Of a DNA stretch of 64,000 nucleotides, positions 29,652 through 39,122 are shown piece after piece (the first letter of the stretch is position 1; each line of letters begins with the position of its first letter). The notes under the pieces are model-generated. The model had not been told where the DNA came from. It was given only the letters and a program-made list of their open reading frames with translations, and searched no databases. The position numbers were made by a program, and so were the translations under genes. Source of the DNA: an uncultured Methylomirabilota bacterium (GTDB taxonomy: Bacteria; Methylomirabilota; Methylomirabilia; Methylomirabilales; 2-02-FULL-66-22); assembly GCA_963705305.1 (NCBI GenBank), contig OY970067.1, positions 288,001 through 352,000 on the forward strand, in the 5' to 3' direction.

Positions 29652-30179
29652 ATGAAACCGAAGATGAGTTACGCGTTGGGATGCCTTGTGGGGCTGGCGC
29701 TTTGCGTGCCCCTGGCCCAAGCCCAGACCACCTCCTCCAGCACGTCGAGCAGCGCGACGACCCCCTCGACCTCGACTACGGTCGCGCCGGGCTCGCAAAC
29801 CACTCAGCAGGGCCAGCAGGCCCTCCAGCAGGCTCAGCAGGCGGTCCAACAAGACCGGCAGACCCTCAACCAGGCCCGGCAGAACCTCCGGCAGGACAAC
29901 CAGACCGTCCAGCAGGATCGCTCGGCCGTCCAGCAGGCCCGGCAGACGGTCCAGCAGGACTGGCAGAAGCTCCAGGCGGACCAGAAGGCCGGGAACCAGA
30001 GTGCCGTGACCGCCGACCGGGCGGCCCTCCAGCAGGCCCGGCAGACGGCCCAGCAGGACCGGCAGACCCTCAACCAGGCCCGGCAGACCCGGCACCAGGA
30101 CCGGAAGGACCTGCATGCCGACCGGCGGCACGCCCGGCACGAGCGGCATGAGGAGCACGCGGAGGAGAGCCACAAGTAA
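29652..30179 (+). CDS. Secreted Gln-rich heptad-repeat coiled-coil protein with His-rich tail
   Basis: GGAGG RBS, signal peptide ending AQA, Ser/Thr linker, QQARQTVQQD-type repeats, C-terminus HADRRHARHERHEEHAEESHK. Confidence 0.8.
   Translation: MKPKMSYALGCLVGLALCVPLAQAQTTSSSTSSSATTPSTSTTVAPGSQTTQQGQQALQQAQQAVQQDRQTLNQARQNLRQDNQTVQQDRSAVQQARQTVQQDWQKLQADQKAGNQSAVTADRAALQQARQTAQQDRQTLNQARQTRHQDRKDLHADRRHARHERHEEHAEESHK
29853..30087 (+). repeat. Intragenic 21-nt-period repeats including a 31-bp exact direct repeat
   Basis: GACCGGCAGACCCTCAACCAGGCCCGGCAGA at 29853-29883 and 30057-30087. Confidence 0.85.
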
Positions 30180-30204
30180 GCGGCATCGGACGACCGGCAA
30201 TCCA

Positions 30205-30248
30205 CCCCCGGGGGCCCCACCCGCCCAGGGCGGGCCCCCGGGGGCTTT
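30205..30248 (+). terminator. Hairpin between the two secreted-protein genes
   Basis: CCCCCGGGGGCCC...GGGCCCCCGGGGG then CTTT. Confidence 0.5.
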
Positions 30249-30266
30249 GTAAAGAGGCGAGCCGCG

Positions 30267-30644
30267 ATGAAGTATTTGACGGCACTCTGCGGGGTGCTGC
30301 TCGCCGGCGCCCTGCTCACCCCCGCGTCCCCGGCCTGGGCCGGCCCGGAGAAAGACCCGAAGTTTCAGAAGAACCACCCGCGCCAGACGCAGGTGCTGAA
30401 CCGCGTGGATCGGGAGCGGAACCGCGTCAACACTCTCTACAGGCAGGGGAAGATCACCGCCCAACAGCGGAACCAGCTGCGGGGACAGATCCGCAGCGAG
30501 CGCAAGGAAGACTACACGGACGCCCGGGCCAACAGCAAGAATGGCACGGTCCGCAGCGGCTACATCACCCGGGGGCAGCAGGGCGGGATGAACCAGCAGG
30601 AGAATCAGATCAGCCGCGAGATCCGGCAAGACGCCGGCAAGTAG
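30267..30644 (+). CDS. Small secreted helical hypothetical protein (HPR..QV..R family)
   Basis: Signal peptide ending AWA, NHPRQTQVLNR, GKIT, GYIT...MNQQENQISR. Confidence 0.75.
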   Translation: MKYLTALCGVLLAGALLTPASPAWAGPEKDPKFQKNHPRQTQVLNRVDRERNRVNTLYRQGKITAQQRNQLRGQIRSERKEDYTDARANSKNGTVRSGYITRGQQGGMNQQENQISREIRQDAGK

Positions 30645-30850
30645 GAACCCCCCAAATTGAGGCGCGATGATATGCAAGGAACTCCAAGCCGGTGGACTCG
30701 CTCATCTTGGACATGAACTCTCAGGCGCTGTCTCTCGCCCACAGCAACCACCTGTTCACCGAACGGTGAATGGGGGATGGAGAATACGGCTTGAATTTCT
30801 CAACTAGCGATAACCCGTCATAACCCAAACTTCGATCAAGACACGAAATC

Positions 30851-31483
30851 ATGAAAACGCGAACGATGGTCCTCGCGCTTATCCCGAGTTTGTGGGCATG
30901 GGCCGCGATGGCGCAGGAACAGCCGCTGCGAATCCCGCCGCCGGGTGGCCAGGGGCCGCCGCCTCAAGCCTATGAGGATTGCAGGGGCAAGCAGGCTGGC
31001 GATGCGGTGCAACATATGACGAGGGAAGGCGCGGTGGCCGCCACCTGCGTGGACTCGCCCGGAGGTTTAGTGGCGCGGCCCAACCAGCCACCGAACAGCG
31101 GCGCAACGGATGATGCATCCCTGGAAGTGGCTGCTCGGGATGCCGAGACGGCCTTTCGCGCCTTCATGGAGGCGTGGGCCTATGACCAGCACTGGCGGAT
31201 GTGGGAGATGGGGACCGAGGCCAGCCGCAAGGGCATCGGACAAAATGAGTTTGCGGACCGCCTGCGGGCCTCGAAGATCAAACCTGCTGCCGGGAAGCAG
31301 GTGGAGGCCCTGGAGGCCGACCCGCATTCCGCTCGCTACGTCGAGCTCGATGTGCGGTTCAGCCTCGAGAACTCGTGGGACGCCACCAGCAATTCCTTCA
31401 GCGAGACGATCGAGGCTCGGAAGGAAGGTGCTGAGTGGAAGTTCGACCTCGGAGACTTCTTGCAGCTGCTCGCCAACTGGTAA
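30851..31483 (+). CDS. Secreted hypothetical protein (small two-Cys module plus NTF2-like domain)
   Basis: Signal peptide, GPPPQAYEDC...ATC...LVARP, then AFRAFMEAW...EGAEWKF. Confidence 0.6.
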   Translation: MKTRTMVLALIPSLWAWAAMAQEQPLRIPPPGGQGPPPQAYEDCRGKQAGDAVQHMTREGAVAATCVDSPGGLVARPNQPPNSGATDDASLEVAARDAETAFRAFMEAWAYDQHWRMWEMGTEASRKGIGQNEFADRLRASKIKPAAGKQVEALEADPHSARYVELDVRFSLENSWDATSNSFSETIEARKEGAEWKFDLGDFLQLLANW

Positions 31484-31782
31484 GGCCTTTCTCTCCCTGC
31501 GCCTCGCCGGAGCGGGTTTCTCCGCCCTTTTTCATTGGAATTCTCTCGGACGATCCCGGGCCTCTGCACGCGGATGGCACCACAGCCCCCTCAGGGTGCC
31601 GGGGGACCGGACCGCCAATTGAGCATGAGAAACCTCCGGACCGAATGGACATTGAGCCAACCCAAAAACTGCTCCACCTTGAGGTTGAGCTTTCGACCGT
31701 CGCGTGGTTCTCTTGCAGCAAAGAGGAGGACGCGAGGATGCCACCGTGGTCTCCTCAGGCTTGATGGCTCATTTTCCTGCTC

Positions 31783-32376
31783 ATGCCGAGACGCTCACCC
31801 TGCAAGCGGTCGGACAACCGCGACCCTTGCAGGGCCCCGTTCTGGGCCCGCGCGGCCGCCAATATCGCCCGGGGCATGCCCCCCGGGGTTATGCTGGAGC
31901 GGTATGCCGCGCTGTCTCGGGCGATCGGCGCGCAGGTGATCCTGATGCCAAACCTGGAATCCTCGAGCCTCGCCGAGCAGGTGGCATGGTTCAAACGCCT
32001 CGCCGCGGAACGGATCGTGCCGCAGCGCATCGAGCGGGGGAACGAGTTCTGGGTCGCGATGGGCAATGACCCGGCCAGCCTGGCGCGCTGGCCCGATGCG
32101 CCCACCAGCATGCGGATCATGCAGCAATACCTGGATGCGGTGACGGTGCATCTCTATCCCCGGCTTCGCGATGTGCTGGGCGATCCCCAGGCCGGGAGAA
32201 CGCCCCCCACGCCAGCGAATGCCATGATGCGGCTCACGGCGATGCTGGCTCGGGTCGACGCCGGCACGGAGGGGCTCTTGCACGACCTCGAACGCCGCCT
32301 GCCGGGCAAGGAGATCTGGATCACCGAGTGGAATGCCCGCGGCGCGAATCCCGCTGCCCCGCCGGCGGCCCACTGA
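31783..32376 (+). pseudogene. Fragment of a clan GH-A glycoside hydrolase
   Basis: IERGNEF (acid/base-like), DAVTVHLYP, EIWITEWN (nucleophile-like); too short for a full TIM barrel, ends truncated. Confidence 0.55.
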
Positions 32377-32450
32377 AATACCCTCTCTTCCCTGGTCGTA
32401 CGAAGGTGCCGGGGGGCTGGCCGTCATGCTGGCTCAAGAGGTCTTTCGGC

Positions 32451-33782
32451 TCACGGTGAGGAGGAGGGGTTCTCCAGGCTGAACATTTCGGTCTCGTCGT
32501 CATAGGAGAACAGTTCGGCGTAGCGCCCCCAGGTTATTACCGCCCGCAGCGTCTCCTGTGCGGCGCCCTCCGTGAGGGAGTCCTCCAGTTCTGGCTCAAA
32601 CCGCACGAGGGGCGCTCGGTGGCCGGGCCGCTCATCAAGGATATGTCGGATATGGGCTGCCAAGGGCACATTGCTTCGCAGACGCTCCACGAAGATGCGC
32701 TTTCGGTTCTCCAGTTCGGACTCGGCGAAGATATGCCCGGTGGGGGTCAGGTGGATGTCCCCGACTGCGAGTTCCGCAAGACCCAACAATTGCAGGGCCT
32801 CTGCGATGGGGAACAAATCGTCGACCTCGAGCTGCAGCCTGCTGGCGATCTCCGGGAGGTCTGCCCGCCCATGGTAGGCCGGGGATGCCAGGAGCTCGAC
32901 CAAGCCCGACATGCTGTTCGTCGAGACCAGTGGAATCCGATCGCCAATCGAGGGACCGACCGGTTTGCCCTTTTCTTCATGCGCAGGGACTTTTCGCGCG
33001 GTCATGCGGGCGTAGATGTCGTCGACCATGCTGCGGAAGCCCGGGCCGAAGCGGTCGCGCGGCTGGGGCAGCGCGACCTGGATCTCCCCGACGACCCGCC
33101 CGGGATTGGAGGAAAACACCAGAATACGGTGGCACATCAGCACCGCTTCCTCGATATTGTGGGTCACCATCAGCACGGATTGGATGGGAAGCTTTCCGCC
33201 ATTCCATAGATCCAGGAACTCGGTCCGGAGGGTTTCCGCCGTCAACACATCCAGGGCCGAGAAGGGCTCATCCATGAGCAGGATGGCGGGATCGACCACG
33301 AGCGCCCGGGCGAAGCCCACGCGCTGCCGCATGCCCCCGGATAACTCACGCGGGTAGGCTGACTCGAAGCCGTCCAGGCCGATCAGGTCGATGGCCTCCA
33401 GCGCGCGGCGGCGCATTTCTTTCTCCGGCACCCCGAGCGCTTCCAGCCCGACTTCGACGTTTTCGAGCACCGTCAGCCACGGAAACAGCGCGAACGTCTG
33501 GAAGACCATCGCGACGCCCTCGCAAGGCCCCACGATCGGCCGCCCCTGATACGCGACCATTCCGCCGGTCGGCTTGATGAGCCCCGCCACGATGCGCAAC
33601 AGGGTCGACTTGCCCGAGCCCGAGCGACCGAGCAACCCCACGATCTCGCCCGCACGAAGGGCCAGGTCGACATCGGCGAGCACGACAATTTCGCCGGTCG
33701 ACGGCTTGGGAAAGGATTGGCGCACCTTCTCCACGGTGAGGAGCGTTCCGGCGAGCGCCCCGGTCTTCTCGATGATGGGCAT
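32451..33782 (-). CDS. NitT/TauT-family ABC ATPase with C-terminal AAA-associated domain
   Basis: GRSGSGKS, LSGGMRQRVG, MDEPFSALD; tail ITWGRYAELFSYD. Confidence 0.9.
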   Translation of the reverse strand: MPIIEKTGALAGTLLTVEKVRQSFPKPSTGEIVVLADVDLALRAGEIVGLLGRSGSGKSTLLRIVAGLIKPTGGMVAYQGRPIVGPCEGVAMVFQTFALFPWLTVLENVEVGLEALGVPEKEMRRRALEAIDLIGLDGFESAYPRELSGGMRQRVGFARALVVDPAILLMDEPFSALDVLTAETLRTEFLDLWNGGKLPIQSVLMVTHNIEEAVLMCHRILVFSSNPGRVVGEIQVALPQPRDRFGPGFRSMVDDIYARMTARKVPAHEEKGKPVGPSIGDRIPLVSTNSMSGLVELLASPAYHGRADLPEIASRLQLEVDDLFPIAEALQLLGLAELAVGDIHLTPTGHIFAESELENRKRIFVERLRSNVPLAAHIRHILDERPGHRAPLVRFEPELEDSLTEGAAQETLRAVITWGRYAELFSYDDETEMFSLENPSSSP

Positions 33783-33801
33783 GCTGAAAGCCCCCCTCGG
33801 A

Positions 33802-35529
33802 TCAATCCAGGCGCAGGCGGCGCTCGGAGAGACGGTACAGCGGCCGCCACACCACGCAGTTGAACAGCATCACGAAGATGGCCAGCACGACAATGCCGAG
33901 GGCGATGCGCGGATAGTCGCCCGCTTCGGTCATTTGCGCAATGAAGGCCCCCACGCCGTGCGCCGTGAGGGTGGTGTCCCCCCACTTGACATATTCGGAC
34001 ACGATACTCGCGTTCCAGGCCCCGCCGGAGGCTGTGATCGCGCCCGTGACGAAATACGGGAAGATGCCGGGCAGGATGACCGCGCGCCACCACTGCCAGC
34101 CCCGCATGCGGAAGTTGCTGGCCGCCTCCTTCAGATCGGTGGGGAACGCTGAGGCGCCGGCGATGACATTGAAGAGAATGTACCACTGCGTCCCCAGGAT
34201 CATCAGCGGGCTGACCCAGACATCGACATTCAGCCGGAAGTGGACAATCAGCACCACGGCGACCGGAAACAGCAGATTGGCGGGAAAGGCCGCCAGGAAC
34301 TGGGCCAGCGGCTGGATCTTCTCCGCCCACCGGGGACGCAGGCCGATCAGCACCCCCAGCGGCACCCAGACCAGGCTGGCCAAGAGGATCAGGATCGCTA
34401 CTCGCAGCATGGTGATCGCGCTGAGCAGGAGCACTTTGCCCAGGTCGGCCCCGGACAATGTGGTGCTGAGGTATGCCGCCACGCTCCACGCGCAGTAGGC
34501 CGCCCCGGCCGCCACGATCGCGTACCACACCGTGTCGATCAAGCGCGTCGGCACCGGCATGGCGATCCGCATTCCCTTGACCGGCAGACGGAACCGCAGC
34601 GAGAAGCGGAAGGCCCTGCGAATGGGGGCAGCCGCCAGCCGCAGGACCCTGGCGCGCCGGATCACGTCGAGGGCCCACGACTCGGGGACCGATTGCGCCC
34701 CGGTCTGCTCGACCCGAAATTTATCGGACCAGGCCACCAGCGGACGGAACATCGCCTGATCGTAGAGCACGATCACCCCCGTCATGGCCAGGATGGCCCA
34801 ACCGACCGCCCCGAGGTCCTTCTCCTGGATGGCCCGAGCGACGTAGGAGCCGATGCCGGGCAGGGTGATCTGCTTGTCCCCGACGGTAATGGCCTCCGAC
34901 GCGACGACAAAAAACCAGGCGCCAGACATCGACATCATCATATTCCACACGAGGCCCGGCAGGGAGAACGGCACCTCCAGGCGCCAGAACCGCTGCCAGG
35001 TCGAGACCTGAAACCCGCGACACGCTTCATCCAGGTCGTGGGGCATGGTGCGGAGGGACTGATAGAAGCTGAATGCCATGTTCCACGCCTGGCTCGTGAA
35101 GATGGCGAAGACTGCCGCGAGTTCCGCCCCCAGCACTTTGCCGGGGAAAAGGGACATGAAGAACACGACGGTGAAGGAAATGTAGCCGAGGATCGGCACC
35201 GACTGGAGGACATCGAGGATCGGAATCAGCACCAGCTCGGCCCGGCGGCTCTTGGCTGCCACGGTCGCATAGCTGAACGTGAAGACCAGCGACGCGACCA
35301 ATCCCGCCAGCATGCGCAACACGGTCCGCAGCGCGTATCCGGGCAGGTTGCTTGGGCCCAGGGAGACGGCTGCTTCTTGCACGACCTCCAGGGGGGCTGC
35401 CATTTGCCGGACCCCGATGAACGCCAGGGCCAAGCTTCCGAGAACCAGTGGCACCGCCACCATGTCCCATCGATTCGGCCACAGCGCCCGCGTCCTGCCC
35501 CCGAGGGAAAGATGGGCATGATCGCTCAT
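33802..35529 (-). CDS. NitT/TauT-family ABC permease with two TM modules
   Basis: DVLQSVPILG, FTSQAWNMAFSFYQSL, GTQWYILFNVIAGA; start MSDHAH inferred. Confidence 0.88.
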   Translation of the reverse strand: MSDHAHLSLGGRTRALWPNRWDMVAVPLVLGSLALAFIGVRQMAAPLEVVQEAAVSLGPSNLPGYALRTVLRMLAGLVASLVFTFSYATVAAKSRRAELVLIPILDVLQSVPILGYISFTVVFFMSLFPGKVLGAELAAVFAIFTSQAWNMAFSFYQSLRTMPHDLDEACRGFQVSTWQRFWRLEVPFSLPGLVWNMMMSMSGAWFFVVASEAITVGDKQITLPGIGSYVARAIQEKDLGAVGWAILAMTGVIVLYDQAMFRPLVAWSDKFRVEQTGAQSVPESWALDVIRRARVLRLAAAPIRRAFRFSLRFRLPVKGMRIAMPVPTRLIDTVWYAIVAAGAAYCAWSVAAYLSTTLSGADLGKVLLLSAITMLRVAILILLASLVWVPLGVLIGLRPRWAEKIQPLAQFLAAFPANLLFPVAVVLIVHFRLNVDVWVSPLMILGTQWYILFNVIAGASAFPTDLKEAASNFRMRGWQWWRAVILPGIFPYFVTGAITASGGAWNASIVSEYVKWGDTTLTAHGVGAFIAQMTEAGDYPRIALGIVVLAIFVMLFNCVVWRPLYRLSERRLRLD

Positions 35530-35737
35530 TTCACAACGTCCAGCCCCCGAACCCGCCTCGTGAATTCGGGTGACATTACGGTACCCCACGGCCGTTCATC
35601 CATGGAACCGCGGCCTGTCATCGATGTTCCTTTCGCGGCCGCGTTCACCGGCCCTCGCGAGCGTAGCGGCTGTGACGCGCGCGCGGGTCCGGTGCAACGC
35701 TTGGTCGGAGGCCCATTTTGCAGCATTCCTAGCGGGC

Positions 35738-36907
35738 TCACCCCACCATCGACCCAAAGATCAGGCCCAACACGTACGTGATGAGGGCCTCCCCCAAGCC
35801 GACGAGGGTCATCTCGGCGCCGCTGCGCCACGGACTCAAGCCGGTCACCACCGTCTTGGCCGCGCCGATCACGAAGTGGGCCACGGTGCTGATCACAAAC
35901 GAGGCAATGATCGCGCGATACCCGTAGGTGAAGAAGAACGGCACGATCGGGATGAAGGCGCCCACCGCCGTCGAGAGCGACGCCGACCAGGCGGCCGTCC
36001 ACGGATTGGGATAGGATTGCGCCGACAGGCCCAGCTCTTCACTCGCCAGCGTCTTGAGCGCGGAGTCCGGCTGCGTCATCAAGCGCGCGGCCAGCGTCTT
36101 CGCCTCATCCGGCGGCACCCCTTTGAGCTGGTAGAACAGCGCGAGCTCTTCCTGCTCCTCTTCCGGGTGCTGCTCCAGCTCCTGTCGCTCCCGACGCAGT
36201 TCCGCCTCGTTCACTTCGCGCTCGGCTTTGGTGGCGAGATACGCCCCGGATCCCATCGACAACGCGGAGGCCAGCATCCCGGCGAGTCCGGCGAGCAGCA
36301 CCGCGGGGCCGCCCGCGGTGGCACCCGCCACGCCCGAGACAATGCCAAACACCGAGCCGAGCCCATCGTTCGCCCCGTAGATGGCCTGCCCGATCCAGCC
36401 GCCGCCCCGCCGGTGCCAGCTCTCGCGATGCAGGATCGCATCCAGCATCGCCTGGGGCCCAAGCGGGACGCTCGAGGCTGGGGCGCTGATCTTTTGCATC
36501 GTGCCGCTATGTACCTTCTCGTCGTGCACGACGGCCTGAATTGCCGCGCGATCGGCGTCGCTCGGGGCCACTTGCGCCAGAGATTCGTACATCTGCGTAT
36601 CATCGTCCTCGTTGCTCTCGATACGCTTCAGGGCGTTGTCGGTGCCACTCTGCACCACCGCCCACCGCCACACCCGCTCGCGCAGCGACTCCCGATCGCG
36701 CGGCAGCGGCGCGCCGAGCTCGCGCAGACGCACGGCCCACCGCTCGCCATGGCGCTGCTCGGTTTCAGCCAAGGCCAGCAACACATTGCGCCGGACCTCA
36801 TTCGATTCGCGTCGGGCTAGCGCCCGGTATATGCGCTGGCTGCCCTGCTCTTTCTGCCAGGCGCGTTGGAGGCCCCGGATGAATGTTGCTTGATCAGTGG
36901 CAGCCAT
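35738..36907 (-). CDS. Rubrerythrin/ferritin-like domain fused to VIT1/CCC1 metal transporter
   Basis: ETEQRH and DEKVH ExxH motifs; IYGANDGL, ALSMGSGAYL, EELGL. Confidence 0.88.
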   Translation of the reverse strand: MAATDQATFIRGLQRAWQKEQGSQRIYRALARRESNEVRRNVLLALAETEQRHGERWAVRLRELGAPLPRDRESLRERVWRWAVVQSGTDNALKRIESNEDDDTQMYESLAQVAPSDADRAAIQAVVHDEKVHSGTMQKISAPASSVPLGPQAMLDAILHRESWHRRGGGWIGQAIYGANDGLGSVFGIVSGVAGATAGGPAVLLAGLAGMLASALSMGSGAYLATKAEREVNEAELRRERQELEQHPEEEQEELALFYQLKGVPPDEAKTLAARLMTQPDSALKTLASEELGLSAQSYPNPWTAAWSASLSTAVGAFIPIVPFFFTYGYRAIIASFVISTVAHFVIGAAKTVVTGLSPWRSGAEMTLVGLGEALITYVLGLIFGSMVG

Positions 36908-37119
36908 CGTAGTTTCCCCCTGTAGGTGCCTGCGCAATGGTTGCTATCACAACACAGGGCGGCATCGCCGGCCAGGTCGATTCATGCCATGCCCGGGTCC
37001 GACATCTATGAAACAGCCTTCGGGTCCCCACCTCCTTGGGAGAGTGCACATTGCCGCAGAGATTCGCGTATCCTTTCGCGGGCCGGTTTTGAAAAAATCC
37101 ACCCAGCGAATAAACCCTT

Positions 37120-37400
37120 CCGGCCGATCACGCGCAGGAGAGGCCAACGGTGGCGGAACCAAACCCGCAAGGGAAGCCGTCTTGAACCAGAGCGCTGGCC
37201 TACCGGCAAGCGGGATTGTATCCAAACCCTGGGGCCAAGGGAAGGGCCTTGCGGTCATACGTGACCCGGAGGCCAACGGGTCACTGGGGTGAGCCGGGAG
37301 ACGGCAGGGGCGACCCGAGCGACCGGAGTGCCGGGGGAGCGGACCCTCACTGGAGCGAAACACCCGTCCTCACCAGGCAGACGGCAGCAAACTGCCTGGC
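37120..37400 (+). ncRNA. Putative unannotated structured RNA or element
   Basis: Serial hairpins (CCC-GCAA-GGG, CCAG-AGCG-CTGG, GTGACCCG-N8-CGGGTCAC, GCCG-GGAGA-CGGC, GGG-GCGA-CCC, CCAGGCAG-N11-CTGCCTGG) and internal repeats; family not recognised. Confidence 0.45.
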
Positions 37401-38110
37401 CGTCCTCGTAGGGGCGGGCGTCGTCCAGTACTGGCACGTGGCCCTCCTGGCGACCTGCTACGGCCTGGCCTTCACCCTCGATATGCCCACGCGGCAGGCG
37501 TTCGTCGTGGAGATGGCGAGCAAGGCGGACCTCCCGAACGCCATCGCCCTCAACTCCAGCATGGTGAGCGGCGCCCGGATGGTGGGCCCCGCCATCGCCG
37601 GCCTGCGCTACGCGGTCCACACCCCCCTCGTGGCCCTGCCCCTGAGCCTCCTCCTGACCCTGGGGCTCTTCGTCACCAACCACAACGTCCTGGTGCCCCT
37701 GCTGGCCCGGGACGTGCTCCACGCGGGGGCCCACGGCTTCGGCCCCCTCATGGCCGCCGTGGGCACGGGGGCCATCCTCGGGGCGCTGGCCCTGGCGACG
37801 CTGCTGACGGGCCGCCCGCCCTTCGCCCTGCTCCTGGGCACGGCCGGCGCTGCCGCGGGCCTCACGCTGGCGCTCGCGGGGATCCGCTCCTTCGGGGCGG
37901 CCCTGCTCGCCTTGACCGGGGTGGGGCTGGCGCAGATGGTGTTCGTGGCGGCCTGCAACACCACGCTCCAGCTGGTGGTCCCGGACCGCATGCGGGGCCG
38001 GGTCATGAGCCTCTACGCCTTCGTGTTCGTCGGCAGCACGCCCCTCGGGGCGCTCTTCGTGGGCACGACCGCGGACTGGGTCGGGGTCTCGGCCTGCTGG
38101 GGCGGCGGGG
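37396..38110 (+). pseudogene. MFS transporter (MFS_3/DHA3-like) remnant, 5' truncated with internal deletion
   Basis: DMPTRQAFVVEM..DLPNAIALNS..ARMVGPAIAG joined directly to LRYA; NTTLQLVVPDRMRGRVMSLY; no N-terminal helices or start. Confidence 0.75.
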
Positions 38111-38318
38111 GTGGGCCGCGTCACCTGATCCCCTCGCCGAGCCGCCGTCGGGGGCCTGAGTGCTCGAGGGGAGTGCGATGCCCGGAGCCACGCGACTCGT
38201 GTGGGACACGCGAGCCGGGTGGGCCCCCATGGGCCGACCCGTCCATGGCAAATTCAGGGCTCAGACGGGCTGGTGTGACTGCCCGGAGGAGATCCGACGC
38301 CTTCTCGATTTGGCCGGG

Positions 38319-39041
38319 CTACGCACCGGAGGGCGCATCGATGCCGAGGTAGGCCGCCCGCACCTGCTGGTTGTTGACCAACTCGGCGCTCGTGCCGTCC
38401 ATGACCACCTTGCCGCTCTCGAGGACGTAGGCGCGCCGGACCAGGGTCAGCGCGCGGCTGGCGTTCTGCTCGACGAGCAGGATGGCCGTGCCCATGGAGT
38501 GGATCTTCTGGATCGCATCGAAGGTGGCATCGGTCACGACCGGGGCGAGCCCCAACGACGGCTCATCCAGCATCAGCAGCCGCGGCTTCAGCATGAGGCC
38601 GCGCCCGATCGCGAGCATCTGCTGCTCTCCGCCGCTCATCGTGCCCGCGACCTGGCTTCGGCGCTCGGCCAGCACGGGAAAGACGGAGAAGACCAGGTCC
38701 AGAGTGCGGCGCCGTTCCGCTTTGGCCCGCGGCGTGTACGCCCCCATCTCCAGATTCTCCTGGACGGTCATCTCGGTGAACACCTGGCGGCCCTCGGGCA
38801 CGTGGGCGATCCCCAGCTCGGGGACCTTGTAGGCCGGCAGGGAGTCGATACTCGCCCCCTCAAACGTGATGCGCCCCGACCGGAGGCGTATCAGCCCCGA
38901 GATTGCCCGCAGCGTGGTGCTCTTGCCGGCCCCGTTGGCGCCCAGCAGGCCGACCGCTTCCCCCTCGCCGATCGTGATGCTGATGTCGGCGAGCGCCGTC
39001 ACCGACCCGTAGCTCGCACTCACTCCAGACAGCGCTAGCAC
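38319..39041 (-). CDS. ABC ATPase (LivF-like)
   Basis: GANGAGKS, MSGGEQQM, LDEPSLGLAP. Confidence 0.9.
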   Translation of the reverse strand: MLALSGVSASYGSVTALADISITIGEGEAVGLLGANGAGKSTTLRAISGLIRLRSGRITFEGASIDSLPAYKVPELGIAHVPEGRQVFTEMTVQENLEMGAYTPRAKAERRRTLDLVFSVFPVLAERRSQVAGTMSGGEQQMLAIGRGLMLKPRLLMLDEPSLGLAPVVTDATFDAIQKIHSMGTAILLVEQNASRALTLVRRAYVLESGKVVMDGTSAELVNNQQVRAAYLGIDAPSGA

Positions 39042-39122
39042 CTGCGGCCTCCGGAAGCGACGCCACCCTGACGAAGGAGCGCGAGAGCGGCTCCGCCACG
39101 GCAGCCGCCCCGCCGCTCACAC

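Noticed and set aside
29800..30120. Periodic repeats considered as a CRISPR array
   Set aside because: In-frame 21-nt coding repeats, no unique spacers, no cas genes
36910..37100. Possible Mn or Ni/Co riboswitch upstream of the VIT1 fusion
   Set aside because: Small hairpins are present but I could not find the conserved yybP-ykoY or czcD core motifs
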